IMG/VR virus record: IMGVR_UViG_3300032050_000072
Coordinates: 19,618 to 83,617 of that record
Direction: 5' to 3' (one strand)
Length of the DNA stretch: 64,000 nucleotides
DNA from: a virus
This document shows, piece after piece, positions 1-8,641 of this stretch. Positions within the stretch are counted from its first letter, which is position 1. The number at the start of each line of letters is the position of its first letter. The notes below the pieces were generated by a model. It did not search any database. It was not told where the DNA came from and worked only from the letters and a program-made list of their open reading frames with translations. A program made the position numbers and the translations under genes.

Positions 1-1976
1 GCCTGCATCAACGCACCTTTCTTGAGCGCGTCGAGAATCTTCGGCTTCATGCGGCCTTCCAGGTCGTCGCTCGCTTTGACCCAATCGTCGAGCCGGTCGA
101 TCACTTCCTCTTGCAGCGTGCGGACCATCAAGATCGCAGCCCGCCCCTTGGCGATCTTCTCGGGCTCGATCTCACGACAGCAGCCCAAGCAGGCCGAGAC
201 GATTTCCTCGTCGACATTGCCGCACTCGTCAGCCCCAGTGCCGTCCGGGTACAGCCGCACTTGCGACTCGCCGATCGACATCAGGTACGACTCCAGCAAA
301 ATCGCGGTATCTTCGTGGTCGCCACCGGCCCCGCGTGACGCCGCCTCGGCATCGTTGGCTGGCAGATCAGGAAACGCCTTGGCGAGATTCGCCTTGATCC
401 TCGTGGCCTGCTTCGAGAAATACTTCCGCAGCGTCGGCACGGTCGACGAAACCAGACCATCCAGGTCCGACTCAACCGATCGCGTGATCGTGGCAATCGC
501 CCGCTCGTCTTCCACGCAACTTGTTGCGGGCAGCTTTTCGTTGCAGCAGGTCGACCGCTGCCCGGCTTCGATATCACCGGACAGCGGCCTCCCTGTCTGC
601 GCTGACTTGGCAACCGGCACCGCGTCGGCATTGCTGCCGTCGATAGGCGGCTGGTTTTGATCGACTTGGTTCTGGTCTATTGGAGCCGCCGGATCGCCCT
701 GTGGAGCCGCCGCTGGCTTCATTTGGAGTTCATATAGCCAGCGCGGAACGTCGCCCCACGGCACCTTGGGCTCGCCTCGCTTCTCGCGGATTTCATTGAC
801 CGTCAGGATGCCCGTCAAGGCATCGCGGTTTTCGAGTTGGTTGTCGAGAGCCCGCTCGGCGGGGACCGGATTATCGAACTCGACGCACAGGTCGTCGCCG
901 AACTCGATCGCCAGCGACTTGTTGATCTTCTCTTGAATCTGCACCAGCCTCGGCCAGATCGTCTCCATTGCGAAGACGCGCTCTTGGCTCGCGGTGTTGC
1001 TGTTGTTGGCGTTCTCGACCACACCGGCCAGCAATGGCGGCACGCCGAAGATGCCCAGGATTTCGTCGCGCGTGAACGCCGCCGAATCTTTGAACGCCAT
1101 TTCGCCCCAGGCCCGCTGCGAAGCGATCGGCTTCACACCGCCATAGAGCAGCACCGGCATCCCGGCCTTGTTCACGCCCGTATGCCGCTCGATCAAGTTC
1201 GCCATCATCCTCTTCCAGCCCGGCTCGTCGAGCATCGAGTCGGTCGAGAAATAAAGGCTCGACAGGATATCCTGATCGAACGCCTTTAGCTGTGCCCGCT
1301 TGATCGAATCGTTGGCCGACTTCGCCTCGGCAGCCGCCGCCAGCGTCCCCCAGCCCCAGAAGCGATCGCGCGGATTGTCGTGCTTGATATGCACGATGTC
1401 GGCCCGTGGAATCTGGATCGCCTCGCCTCGGCCCGCCAGAAACTCGTAGCCCCAGAGAACCTCGCCGTCCGTGTGCAGCGGCCTGACGTACTGCGACGGC
1501 AGCACCCAAAGCTCGACCACCTTGCCTCGCCGGTCGCGAACCTTGAGCCAGATGGCATTGCCGGTCAACTCCAAGAACATCACCGTCTGCGACCAGAACT
1601 CGCTCTTGGTGTCGAGCGGGTTTGGGTTTTCGATCAGACGAACGAGTTCGTTCTTCGGGTCGGTGATCTCAACCGGCTTGTCGCCGTTACGGTTCATGCG
1701 GTAGACCCGCATTGGCACTCGCGCGACGCCATTGCGGATTCGATTGACCGCGACGAAGACCCAGCCGGTCATCGACTGGACTTGCTGTGCCACCGACAGG
1801 CCGTTTTGGGCCTTGGTGGTATTCTGGAACCCAAACGCCAGCCGCAGCCGCTCGTTCAAGGCTTCCATATCGGCAGCCCGTTGAATGAACTGCTGATTGG
1901 CGATCGGCGCGCAGAACTCCGCGCCAGGATAATCGCTTGCCTGCCCGTCCGTTCGGATTGTGATTTCGGTGCTCAA
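1..1976 (-). CDS. Phage portal protein (HK97-like) with long C-terminal extension; 3' end lies beyond the left edge of the window
   Basis: Missing from the ORF track because it runs off the window. Manual translation from TTG 1976 (SD-like AAGGGG upstream; alternative ATG 1868) gives WVFVAVNRIRNGVARVP, LIENPNP, LELTGNAIW, IVHIK, ILGIFGVPP, GILTVNEIREKRG, which are typical portal motifs. The frame stays open to position 3. Confidence 0.9.
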   Translation of the reverse strand, partial: MSTEITIRTDGQASDYPGAEFCAPIANQQFIQRAADMEALNERLRLAFGFQNTTKAQNGLSVAQQVQSMTGWVFVAVNRIRNGVARVPMRVYRMNRNGDKPVEITDPKNELVRLIENPNPLDTKSEFWSQTVMFLELTGNAIWLKVRDRRGKVVELWVLPSQYVRPLHTDGEVLWGYEFLAGRGEAIQIPRADIVHIKHDNPRDRFWGWGTLAAAAEAKSANDSIKRAQLKAFDQDILSSLYFSTDSMLDEPGWKRMMANLIERHTGVNKAGMPVLLYGGVKPIASQRAWGEMAFKDSAAFTRDEILGIFGVPPLLAGVVENANNSNTASQERVFAMETIWPRLVQIQEKINKSLAIEFGDDLCVEFDNPVPAERALDNQLENRDALTGILTVNEIREKRGEPKVPWGDVPRWLYELQMKPAAAPQGDPAAPIDQNQVDQNQPPIDGSNADAVPVAKSAQTGRPLSGDIEAGQRSTCCNEKLPATSCVEDERAIATITRSVESDLDGLVSSTVPTLRKYFSKQATRIKANLAKAFPDLPANDAEAASRGAGGDHEDTAILLESYLMSIGESQVRLYPDGTGADECGNVDEEIVSACLGCCREIEPEKIAKGRAAILMVRTLQEEVIDRLDDWVKASDDLEGRMKPKILDALKKGALMQ

Positions 1977-2030
1977 GGTTTAACCCCTTTGCACCGTCCC
2001 AGGTCTGCCTTGGCGGGCAGGTTGTATTTC

Positions 2031-2137
2031 GAGGTTCGGACAGCTTCGGTCTATTTGCTTAATTCAACCGGGCCACTCTCGAACGACTTGTCGTAAGCAA
2101 ATGCCGCAGTCGTCGCGAGCCTTTCGGCACGAACCTC
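2031..2137 (-). ncRNA. Candidate structured RNA A, directly 3' of tRNA-Trp
   Basis: Closing stem GAGGTTCG/CGAACCTC, GCC-GAAA-GGC hairpin, and internal 9-bp stem ATTTGCTTA/TAAGCAAAT. Confidence 0.5.
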
Positions 2138-2139
2138 AA

Positions 2140-2214
2140 GCATCCACCCAGGGAATCGAACCCCGCCACTCGCTTTTGGAGAGCAAGTCGCCAGCCTTGG
2201 TACATTGGCGGATA
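2140..2214 (-). tRNA. tRNA-Trp(CCA), atypical D-arm
   Basis: Acceptor TATCCGC/GTGGATG, anticodon loop CTCCAAA, T-loop GGTTCGATTCC. Confidence 0.7.
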
Positions 2215-2227
2215 TAGATCGCTGATC

Positions 2228-2335
2228 GGCGTTTGCGCTCGTACGTTTTCCAACGGCGGAATCCTTGTTTCGCGGGCGGCATTTCGCTCTAGCCTATAGC
2301 CTTGGCGACGTTCCGCTCGCACCCGGTTTGACGCC
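2228..2335 (-). ncRNA. Candidate structured RNA B between tRNA-Thr and tRNA-Trp
   Basis: Nested pairings GGCGT/ACGCC, TGCG/CGCA, ACGT/ACGT and CCAAGGC/GCCGTTGG form an irregular rod. Confidence 0.4.
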
Positions 2336-2369
2336 CGGTTTTCCGTTTATTCACCAATCAACGATCAAA

Positions 2370-2441
2370 AGCCAGCGGAGGGACTTGAACCCCCGACCCG
2401 CTGTTTACAAAACAGCCGCTCTGCCACTGAGCTACGCGGGC
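2370..2441 (-). tRNA. tRNA-Thr(UGU)
   Basis: GCCCGCGTAGCTCAGTGGCAGAGC...GCTGT-TTTGTAA-ACAGC...GGTTCAAGTCC; canonical cloverleaf. Confidence 0.93.
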
Positions 2442-2450
2442 AATTTCAGG

Positions 2451-2540
2451 CGGAAGCGGTAGGACTCGAACCCACAAGCCGATCTTTCGATTCGGCCACC
2501 TGTTTTCAGGACAGGCCCCTCATCCAGCCGGATCACTTCC
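2451..2540 (-). tRNA. tRNA-Ser(UGA), long variable arm
   Basis: Anticodon arm CCTGT-CCTGAAA-ACAGG, long variable hairpin, G73, T-loop GGTTCGAGTCC. Confidence 0.85.
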
Positions 2541-2547
2541 GTATCAG

Positions 2548-2618
2548 TGGACCGTCGCAGAATCGAACTGCGATCTCCCGGTTGCAGGCCGGGCGTCTTC
2601 CCGTTTGACCAACAGCCC
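2548..2618 (-). tRNA. tRNA-Ala(UGC)
   Basis: Acceptor GGGCTGT/ACGGTCC with G3:U70 and A73; anticodon arm CCCGG-CCTGCAA-CCGGG. Confidence 0.8.
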
Positions 2619-2626
2619 ATTATCAG

Positions 2627-2698
2627 AGTCGCGGGTGGGACTCGAACCCACGGCATCTAGTTTGGAAGACTAGCGTTCTGCCGCTGAACTACCACGAC
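2627..2698 (-). tRNA. tRNA-Gly(UCC)
   Basis: CTAGT-CTTCCAA-ACTAG anticodon arm, U73, T-loop GGTTCGAGTCC. Confidence 0.92.
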
Positions 2699-2706
2699 TT
2701 GTGCGC

Positions 2707-2840
2707 TGCACGGCGATCACATACGCGATCTTTAAGCGGATCAGCCCTAGTGGCAGGTCGACAACTGACTGAGGCTTGAGAATCCTTGTCGCCAGCGAGC
2801 AAGCTCGCGGACGCTGCGGCTAGTGCCGCGTCACCGTGCA
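2707..2840 (-). ncRNA. Candidate structured RNA C between tRNA(CAU) and tRNA-Gly
   Basis: A 10-bp closing stem TGCACGGTGA/TCGCCGTGCA encloses hairpins GCGGC-ACTA-GCCGC, GCGAGC/GCTCGC, CGACAA/TTGTCG and GATC/GATC. Confidence 0.55.
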
Positions 2841-2842
2841 AG

Positions 2843-2916
2843 TGTCAGGGGTGGGACTTGAACCCACGATCTCCAGCTTATGAGGCTGGCGAGATAGCCG
2901 ACTTCTCTACCCTGGC
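2843..2916 (-). tRNA. tRNA with CAU anticodon (Met or Ile2)
   Basis: CCAGC-CTCATAA-GCTGG, T-loop GGTTCAAGTCC; C2:A71 mismatch in the acceptor stem. Confidence 0.85.
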
Positions 2917-2926
2917 ATTGACTTCT

Positions 2927-2954
2927 ATCTTATGGCTATACCGAAATCGGTCAA
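2927..2954 (-). promoter_or_regulatory. Probable sigma70 promoter of the tRNA cluster
   Basis: TTGACC-16 nt-TAAGAT about 10 nt upstream of the first tRNA. Confidence 0.55.
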
Positions 2955-2992
2955 GGGTTTTCGAGCCTCGATGCCCGCAACTTGTTGCGGAT

Positions 2993-3024
2993 AAAAACCC
3001 CGGCCAGCACGAACTGGCCGGGGT
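2993..3024 (-). terminator. Rho-independent terminator
   Basis: CCCCGGCCAG-TTCGTG-CTGGCCGGGG followed by TTTTT, after ORF 3044..4279. Confidence 0.85.
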
Positions 3025-3043
3025 CGCCAAGAACCTGAGACGG

Positions 3044-4279
3044 TTAGGACCGTCCCACTAATGATCGCTTGATCGCCTCCCGTAGCGTAGTCCGCAGCGG
3101 CACCTTGATCTCGGGCGGCACCGTCTTCAAAAATCCTCGCGGCAAATTATCGACCAGAACCTCACTCCACTTGCCGCTTGCCGCGAGCCCGAGAATCTGC
3201 GGAGCGTGATGCCGACCCTCGCCAGCGTCGTACTTGCTGACCTCGATACTGCCGTCGCATCGAATCACCGCGCTGACCGTGAAGTCCTCGGACCATTCGA
3301 CGAACTTTAGCTCATTACTCCAGGCATTGACATCGAACCTCCTGAAATTGATCGCCGGATGGTTCGGCTTGGGCTGGAACGCAACCTCACGCCAGTGCCC
3401 AGGTGTCGCGGTGATCGCCTCAAGCTCCGCGATCGTCCACGGTGGCTTGCTGCCCGTTGCTTCGTAGAAAGCCTCGTTCGTTACGTCGCCGCTAGCATCG
3501 ACAAACCAAACGCGACCACTCACGGAGTCGGTATCGAGAAACTGGAACTTGGCACCTTTCGTCTCGAATCGCCGCACCTTGCTGAACGGCTTGATGACGT
3601 ACGGAATCCAGACGCCACGCCCCACATGCTTGTCGATCGTGCGAACGTCCCAGCTATCGACGCCTTCGGTGGGCTTGCCGTCGTGGCCGATCGCCACCGG
3701 AAACAGGCTGTCGCTCAACTGCTCAACGTAGTGGACCCGGCTCCAGATGCCCGTGAAATTATTGTACTTGTCGCCGTAGCCGACTCCAGAGAGTTCGCCG
3801 TTAAAGCTCTGAAAATAGATCGCCCGCTTCGGATAATGGTCGGCCTGCGGAGCGACCGCATTGGCGTGGTCGGCGGCGTAGATGACTTTCGAGTGTTCAC
3901 CGAACGTGTCGCGGTAAATCCTGTGGTTCGTCTGGTCGTTCCCGTGCCAGTCTTCGTTGATTCTGAAATCGACGGTGCCGTCCGGGTTGATCCGGTCGAT
4001 GCACTTAACGCCGCCAAAATCACGCTCGGCAAACAAGAACGGGTGATGATCGAAGACCTCGACAAAATCGCCTTGCACGACCGAACAGCAGACCGTAAAC
4101 GATCTTAAGGTCGATTGGAGACTACTGTCGTCAAAGTAGTGAGCCAGCCCGCCATGCTCGACGGCTTGTTCTTTGCTCTCGATCTGCCAGTAGAAGTTGC
4201 CGCGACGGTTTGGGTCGGTTGGCACGAATCGGCGTGGATATCGCCGCTCCTCGTTCAAAATATCCAGCACCTTGCTCAT
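3044..4279 (-). CDS. Hypothetical protein with C-terminal TLREAIKRSL tag
   Basis: 411-aa ORF with GGAG SD; no family recognised. Confidence 0.75.
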   Translation of the reverse strand: MSKVLDILNEERRYPRRFVPTDPNRRGNFYWQIESKEQAVEHGGLAHYFDDSSLQSTLRSFTVCCSVVQGDFVEVFDHHPFLFAERDFGGVKCIDRINPDGTVDFRINEDWHGNDQTNHRIYRDTFGEHSKVIYAADHANAVAPQADHYPKRAIYFQSFNGELSGVGYGDKYNNFTGIWSRVHYVEQLSDSLFPVAIGHDGKPTEGVDSWDVRTIDKHVGRGVWIPYVIKPFSKVRRFETKGAKFQFLDTDSVSGRVWFVDASGDVTNEAFYEATGSKPPWTIAELEAITATPGHWREVAFQPKPNHPAINFRRFDVNAWSNELKFVEWSEDFTVSAVIRCDGSIEVSKYDAGEGRHHAPQILGLAASGKWSEVLVDNLPRGFLKTVPPEIKVPLRTTLREAIKRSLVGRS

Positions 4280-4356
4280 GACATTCGCTCCAAAAGACAG
4301 CCACGGCGGCGACGCTCGCTAGCACCTGCCGCCGTGGCACACCACCACAGTGCTCC

Positions 4357-5001
4357 CTAGCTAAACTGCTCGTAGATATCCCGGCAGATCGACTCCCATT
4401 CGCTGAAATGGGCTTGCTCCTCCTCATTCAGCGGCTCTTTGTTCGCGGCTTTCGTGGCGGCACGCTCACCGATCTCGAAGACATGCTTCCAGTCTTGGCC
4501 CTTCTCGGCGGCGATCTGACGCAGCCGCTCGCGGCCCAGCATCCGGCATCGCATCATCGAAATGCCTTCACCGGCCTTGACGATGCTCAGACTGGATCGC
4601 ATCATTTCGCCGACGCTCTTGCGGATCGTCAACAGCATCGCCAGTGCCGACTCCAGAAGTACCCGGCTTTCGCCGTCGCTCGATGCCTTGTCGATCAGCA
4701 TCGGCTCGACCCGAGCCAAGTCGCGGTCGCACTCCTCTTTGCTGTCGTAATTGAGCGGCATGTCGTCGGTGCATTGCGTGAACCGGACTGCCGACTTCAT
4801 CAGCATGACGGCCAGCGTCATCATCGTGCTGCCGACCTCGGCCTTGCTGCACATGCCATCGGCGGATTCCCGCTCGATGTCCATCAGCGTCTCTTCGTAC
4901 ATCGCGAACGCCTCGTCGGCGATTGCGGCGATCGTCTTCGGCGCTGCAATCACAGCCTCGACCAACTCAACATCCTTGACTTCCTTCGCTGCGGCAACCA
5001 T
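4357..5001 (-). CDS. Hypothetical alpha-helical protein
   Basis: 214-aa ORF with GAGGAG SD. Confidence 0.7.
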   Translation of the reverse strand: MVAAAKEVKDVELVEAVIAAPKTIAAIADEAFAMYEETLMDIERESADGMCSKAEVGSTMMTLAVMLMKSAVRFTQCTDDMPLNYDSKEECDRDLARVEPMLIDKASSDGESRVLLESALAMLLTIRKSVGEMMRSSLSIVKAGEGISMMRCRMLGRERLRQIAAEKGQDWKHVFEIGERAATKAANKEPLNEEEQAHFSEWESICRDIYEQFS

Positions 5002-5034
5002 TGCTTGTTCTCCTCGAACTGTGGGGTGGAAAAT

Positions 5035-5247
5035 TTAACCGAACACGACCAGCCAGCCTCGAAAGCTCTCGATCATTGAAGCCCGCACCTTCAAGTGCGT
5101 GATCTCGGCCAGTGCGGCAGCCGCCCGACGCTTGCAGGCATCGCCGAACACCGAACCGCCGAACTTGATGTAACCATCGTTCGCATTGATCGAACCGCCG
5201 AACCGCTTGGCGATCAGCTTGACTTGCTCTAGAACTTGCTGGCTCAT
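5035..5247 (-). CDS. Small hypothetical early protein
   Basis: ATG follows the GAGATCAAGATC leader downstream of promoter 5292-5320. Confidence 0.7.
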   Translation of the reverse strand: MSQQVLEQVKLIAKRFGGSINANDGYIKFGGSVFGDACKRRAAAALAEITHLKVRASMIESFRGWLVVFG

Positions 5248-5291
5248 GATCTTGATCTCGCTTGACTGGTGGTTATCGTGTTGGCTCCCTA

Positions 5292-5320
5292 AGTATATCG
5301 TCACGCTAGACCAATGTCAA
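5292..5320 (-). promoter_or_regulatory. Sigma70 promoter / operator cassette 1
   Basis: TTGACA-17-TATACT with GTCTAGC..CGA spacer. Confidence 0.85.
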
Positions 5321-5344
5321 TAAGAAAAATCAGCCATTTGAAAA

Positions 5345-5947
5345 TTATCCGCAACTTGTTGCGGGCAAGGATCGCAACAGGCTCGCGCGAACGGCATCAC
5401 GAAGCGTCGGCTTGATTTCCACGGGCAACTCGACGGGCGGCTCGATCTCCACGGGCGTCGCGTTCACGACCGGCTCAAACCGCCAGCAGAACGGCCTGAC
5501 CAGATTGCCCTTGCGATTGATAATGCAGAGCGACGGGAAGTGATTCCGATCGTTATCCAGTACACTCTTGTCGAGTGACTTCTGGAAGTCTTCGCCGAGA
5601 CGAACGAACTCGAACTCGTCGCCATTCTCGCCATAGCAGCGATCGCGATCTGTCTCTATCAGCCGCATCTTGTCGCCCGGCTTGAGCCCGTCGACCCAGC
5701 GCAGGTCTTCCGGCAGCGAGTGCAGCTTGTTCGTGTGGAACAGCGGCTCGAAGAACGATATGAAGTCTGCGAGCCAAGCCGACCATGCCGTTCCGCGTAG
5801 CGTGAAGAGAATCGTATCTTTCCCGTGACACAAATCGCGTCCGGTGACTGTCTCGATATCACCGGGCTGGCAGTCTAACAGATTCTTGATGCAGCGAATC
5901 TTGTCGCCGACCTGCAAGCGGTAGACCCAAGTTGGTATCGCGGTCAT
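5345..5947 (-). CDS. Hypothetical protein, two W..L(K/Q)xGDK repeats plus C-terminal tag
   Basis: WVYRLQVGDKIR, WVDGLKPGDKMR; ends PTLRDAVRASLL. Confidence 0.75.
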   Translation of the reverse strand: MTAIPTWVYRLQVGDKIRCIKNLLDCQPGDIETVTGRDLCHGKDTILFTLRGTAWSAWLADFISFFEPLFHTNKLHSLPEDLRWVDGLKPGDKMRLIETDRDRCYGENGDEFEFVRLGEDFQKSLDKSVLDNDRNHFPSLCIINRKGNLVRPFCWRFEPVVNATPVEIEPPVELPVEIKPTLRDAVRASLLRSLPATSCG

Positions 5948-6741
5948 GATTCGGTTCCTTGTAGCAGATTGCGTCGGATCGCGTCGCGGAGCGTGAGCTT
6001 TGGCTCCGGTGGCGGCTCGACGCAGGGCTTGTATCTCCAGGCACAGCCATCGAGCGACTGCCGCCGCTTGCCGTCGAGATCATTGCAGTACAGGTAGCAG
6101 TTCTTGCCATCGCCAGCCTGATCGTTGTCATCGCTCATGTAGACCGCGATCGTCCCCGGCTTGGTATTCCTCGAAAACGGCTCGACGATCACCAGCTTGT
6201 CGCCCGGCTTGATCGTGTTGAGCCATTCCAGCCCCGGCAGCGGCTTCTCGAACCGCTTCGCCGCAGGCGTCGGAACATCGGGCTTCGGCGGATCGACCGG
6301 CTCGTAAAGGTATTCAAGCAAGCTCGTGCTCACGCCGAACATGCCACGCTCGTTCTTGATCGACAAGCCTCCAGAATCGGCTTTGACAACCTCAACTGTC
6401 TCGCCGCGCTGATAGCTCGCGTGCTGCGGCTCATCAACCAGCACCCGCAGTTTGTCGCCGCTCTTGACGCTTGCAATCCAGGCCGCACGCTGATCTTCGG
6501 GAATTTTCTTGCACCAGCGGTGGTCGTACTGGGCTGGCTGGAAATGCTCGGCAGCAGAACGGCACTCGAAAACCCAAGCCTGACCCGCATCGGCACCTGG
6601 GCAACCCGTCCAGAATATGTCGTCTTCGATCAGGCCGATCGTGACGATATCGCCAGCTTTAATCGGAGCACAATTCGGATCGTCGACTAGCACGACCAGC
6701 TTCATGCCGCAGTAGATATGCTTGACCCAGCCTGGATTCAT
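5944..6741 (-). CDS. Hypothetical protein, three KOW/SH3-like repeats plus C-terminal tag
   Basis: WVKHIYCGMKL, WIASVKSGDKL, WLNTIKPGDKL; ends LTLRDAIRRNLL; ATGA overlap with the next gene. Confidence 0.75.
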   Translation of the reverse strand: MNPGWVKHIYCGMKLVVLVDDPNCAPIKAGDIVTIGLIEDDIFWTGCPGADAGQAWVFECRSAAEHFQPAQYDHRWCKKIPEDQRAAWIASVKSGDKLRVLVDEPQHASYQRGETVEVVKADSGGLSIKNERGMFGVSTSLLEYLYEPVDPPKPDVPTPAAKRFEKPLPGLEWLNTIKPGDKLVIVEPFSRNTKPGTIAVYMSDDNDQAGDGKNCYLYCNDLDGKRRQSLDGCAWRYKPCVEPPPEPKLTLRDAIRRNLLQGTES

Positions 6742-7961
6742 TGGATGGCTCCCGCTAGACGTTGACGAACAAGTTCCCTGAGCGTCGGCGCGGTCGGCTT
6801 CTGCTTGGCCCGCTGCACCATCGGCTTAAACCACTTCACGAACCGGCCAGCCAGCACCGTGCCGTATTTCGTGCGAACCTTGATCTGAATCTTCGAGGCG
6901 TCGTTCTGAGTCTCGCTGTTTAGGCCCGCGATAATCGCCCGTCGTTTGGCTGGCGGTTCGACAAACTCGACGAACTCAACCTCGCCCGCATAGCCCTTGT
7001 CTTCGGTGTCGTACCACAGCCGGTCGCCCGGCTTGATGTCTTGCAGCCATGCGTACTCCTGCGGAATGTCTTCTAGACCGTCTTCGCGATACGCGATCTC
7101 TTCGAGCAATTCACCGGCTCTAGGCAACAGCCAATGCCACACGCCTCCGTTGCCATAAGCCTCTTTGCCGTCGACGCCGGTGGTCTTGAATTCGCATCCG
7201 CTAAATTCGACTACTCGCACTTTGGAGCCAATCGGCAGAAGATCGCTATGGATGCCTTGGCTGCTCACATCGCCCGTCACTTTGAGCCACATGCCGACCT
7301 TGACCCGCTGATGCCACGGCTCGTCTTTGACGAGTTCGACGTTCCAAAGGAACTCCTTGTTGAACGACCAGTATCCCGGCTTTTCAACATGAACCGACCA
7401 TTTCTGCTCTGAAAAAACATCACTAACGACCGCAATGTCGCCAGCTTTTAAGTTCGGCGGTGCATCTGGAAGTATATTCTCACGATCGAACCCGGCCCGC
7501 ACCAGGAGCTTGTCGCCGACCTTGATCTCCTCGGCGGTCGGGTGCTGCCAGTGATCTACCGGGCAGAACCATTTTTCGAGCGAAGCCATCGGCCAACTGT
7601 ATAAATGGCCTTTCGCGGTGATGCTTCCGCTGCCGACGGTATCGACCTCGATCTCGCCCGTCGCTGATATCGTACCGGCGCTCAGCGGCTTATCGACCAA
7701 AGCCATCAGCTTGTCGCCTGGCTTGAGTCGCTCCTTCCAGTCGTCCTTGACGTTCGCCAGCGGCTCGAAGCGGCTCGCGAAATAACACTGGTCTTTGTGG
7801 ATTTTGCCGATCTTCAAGGCTTGGCAGACCGGCTGGATGCCACCCTCCTTATTGACCATCGCCACGCGCGTGATCGTGCCTGCCGGAATCTTGCTATCAG
7901 GGAAGCCGTTGCAGGTCAGGTATTGGGAAACGCGAACTAGATCGCCGGGTTTGAGTGACAT
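6738..7961 (-). CDS. Hypothetical protein, about five KOW/SH3-like repeats plus C-terminal tag
   Basis: Start reassigned to ATG 7961 (MSLKPGDLV, AGGGAG SD); LKPGDKL, IKVGDKL, VKVGMWL, IKPGDRL; ends PTLRELVRQRL. Confidence 0.75.
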   Translation of the reverse strand: MSLKPGDLVRVSQYLTCNGFPDSKIPAGTITRVAMVNKEGGIQPVCQALKIGKIHKDQCYFASRFEPLANVKDDWKERLKPGDKLMALVDKPLSAGTISATGEIEVDTVGSGSITAKGHLYSWPMASLEKWFCPVDHWQHPTAEEIKVGDKLLVRAGFDRENILPDAPPNLKAGDIAVVSDVFSEQKWSVHVEKPGYWSFNKEFLWNVELVKDEPWHQRVKVGMWLKVTGDVSSQGIHSDLLPIGSKVRVVEFSGCEFKTTGVDGKEAYGNGGVWHWLLPRAGELLEEIAYREDGLEDIPQEYAWLQDIKPGDRLWYDTEDKGYAGEVEFVEFVEPPAKRRAIIAGLNSETQNDASKIQIKVRTKYGTVLAGRFVKWFKPMVQRAKQKPTAPTLRELVRQRLAGAIQ

Positions 7962-7963
7962 GA

Positions 7964-8314
7964 TTATGCTCCCTGGACCTTGCCACCCCAGTAGCGAGAG
8001 ATCACTCCCACCAATCCGGCAGCCAAGTCGTTCGTGTAGTGGTCTTGATTGCGTGTCATCACGTATAGGCAGTTGTCGGACGGCCAAACCTCGATCCAGC
8101 GTTCACCGGCTTCGTCCATGACCTCTTGGATCGACTTGCCGCTCGGGCTCAGCCGCTTGAATGGGCAAGACGGTTTGCCGTGCAGACTGACGATCCAGCG
8201 GTCACGATCCCAGTGGACGGTCCCGGCTTCACCGAAGTAGTCTCGCAGCAGTAGCGCAATGTCTTCGTTCTTCGGTTTCACCCTCGGCCAGTCGATGATT
8301 CGATCGCAGGACAT
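7964..8314 (-). CDS. Hypothetical protein
   Basis: Start at GGAGATCGAAAATG. Confidence 0.65.
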   Translation of the reverse strand: MSCDRIIDWPRVKPKNEDIALLLRDYFGEAGTVHWDRDRWIVSLHGKPSCPFKRLSPSGKSIQEVMDEAGERWIEVWPSDNCLYVMTRNQDHYTNDLAAGLVGVISRYWGGKVQGA

Positions 8315-8358
8315 TTTCGATCTCCGCAACTTGTTGCGTGTTTGGTGGTGGTTGTTGA

Positions 8359-8517
8359 TTATCGGCGGCTTTCGAGTTCCAGCCGAGCCGCCTCGCGACG
8401 CTCCTCGCGGCTGTCGAGAGCCATCATCGCCCGCAATTGAGCATCGCTCTTTTGGCTCAGCGAGAGTTCAAGGGTTTCTTGAGTGCGATCGCCGAGTGCT
8501 AGGTGTCGTGCGGTCAT
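8359..8517 (-). CDS. Small hypothetical early protein
   Basis: Downstream of promoter 8565-8593 and an ACAACCACCACC leader. Confidence 0.55.
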   Translation of the reverse strand: MTARHLALGDRTQETLELSLSQKSDAQLRAMMALDSREERREAARLELESRR

Positions 8518-8564
8518 GGTCGTGTTTCCTTGTGTTCGGTGGTGGTTGTCATCTGACGCTATTA

Positions 8565-8593
8565 AATATATCGTCAAGATAGACCTATGTCAA
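8565..8593 (-). promoter_or_regulatory. Sigma70 promoter / operator cassette 2
   Basis: TTGACA-17-TATATT; identical core to cassette 3. Confidence 0.85.
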
Positions 8594-8641
8594 CAGTCGT
8601 TTTCAAATAAATCCGAAAATTCTCTGATTTCCGATCGCCCA

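Noticed and set aside
2451-2540. Possible selenocysteine or suppressor tRNA
   Set aside because: The anticodon is UGA (reads UCA, Ser), not UCA, and the acceptor stem is 7 bp.
2548-2618. Reading as tRNA-Cys(GCA)
   Set aside because: The 7-nt loop centres on UGC, and G3:U70 plus A73 are Ala determinants.
5345-7961. Diversity-generating retroelement targets
   Set aside because: No reverse transcriptase and no near-identical TR/VR nucleotide pair seen.
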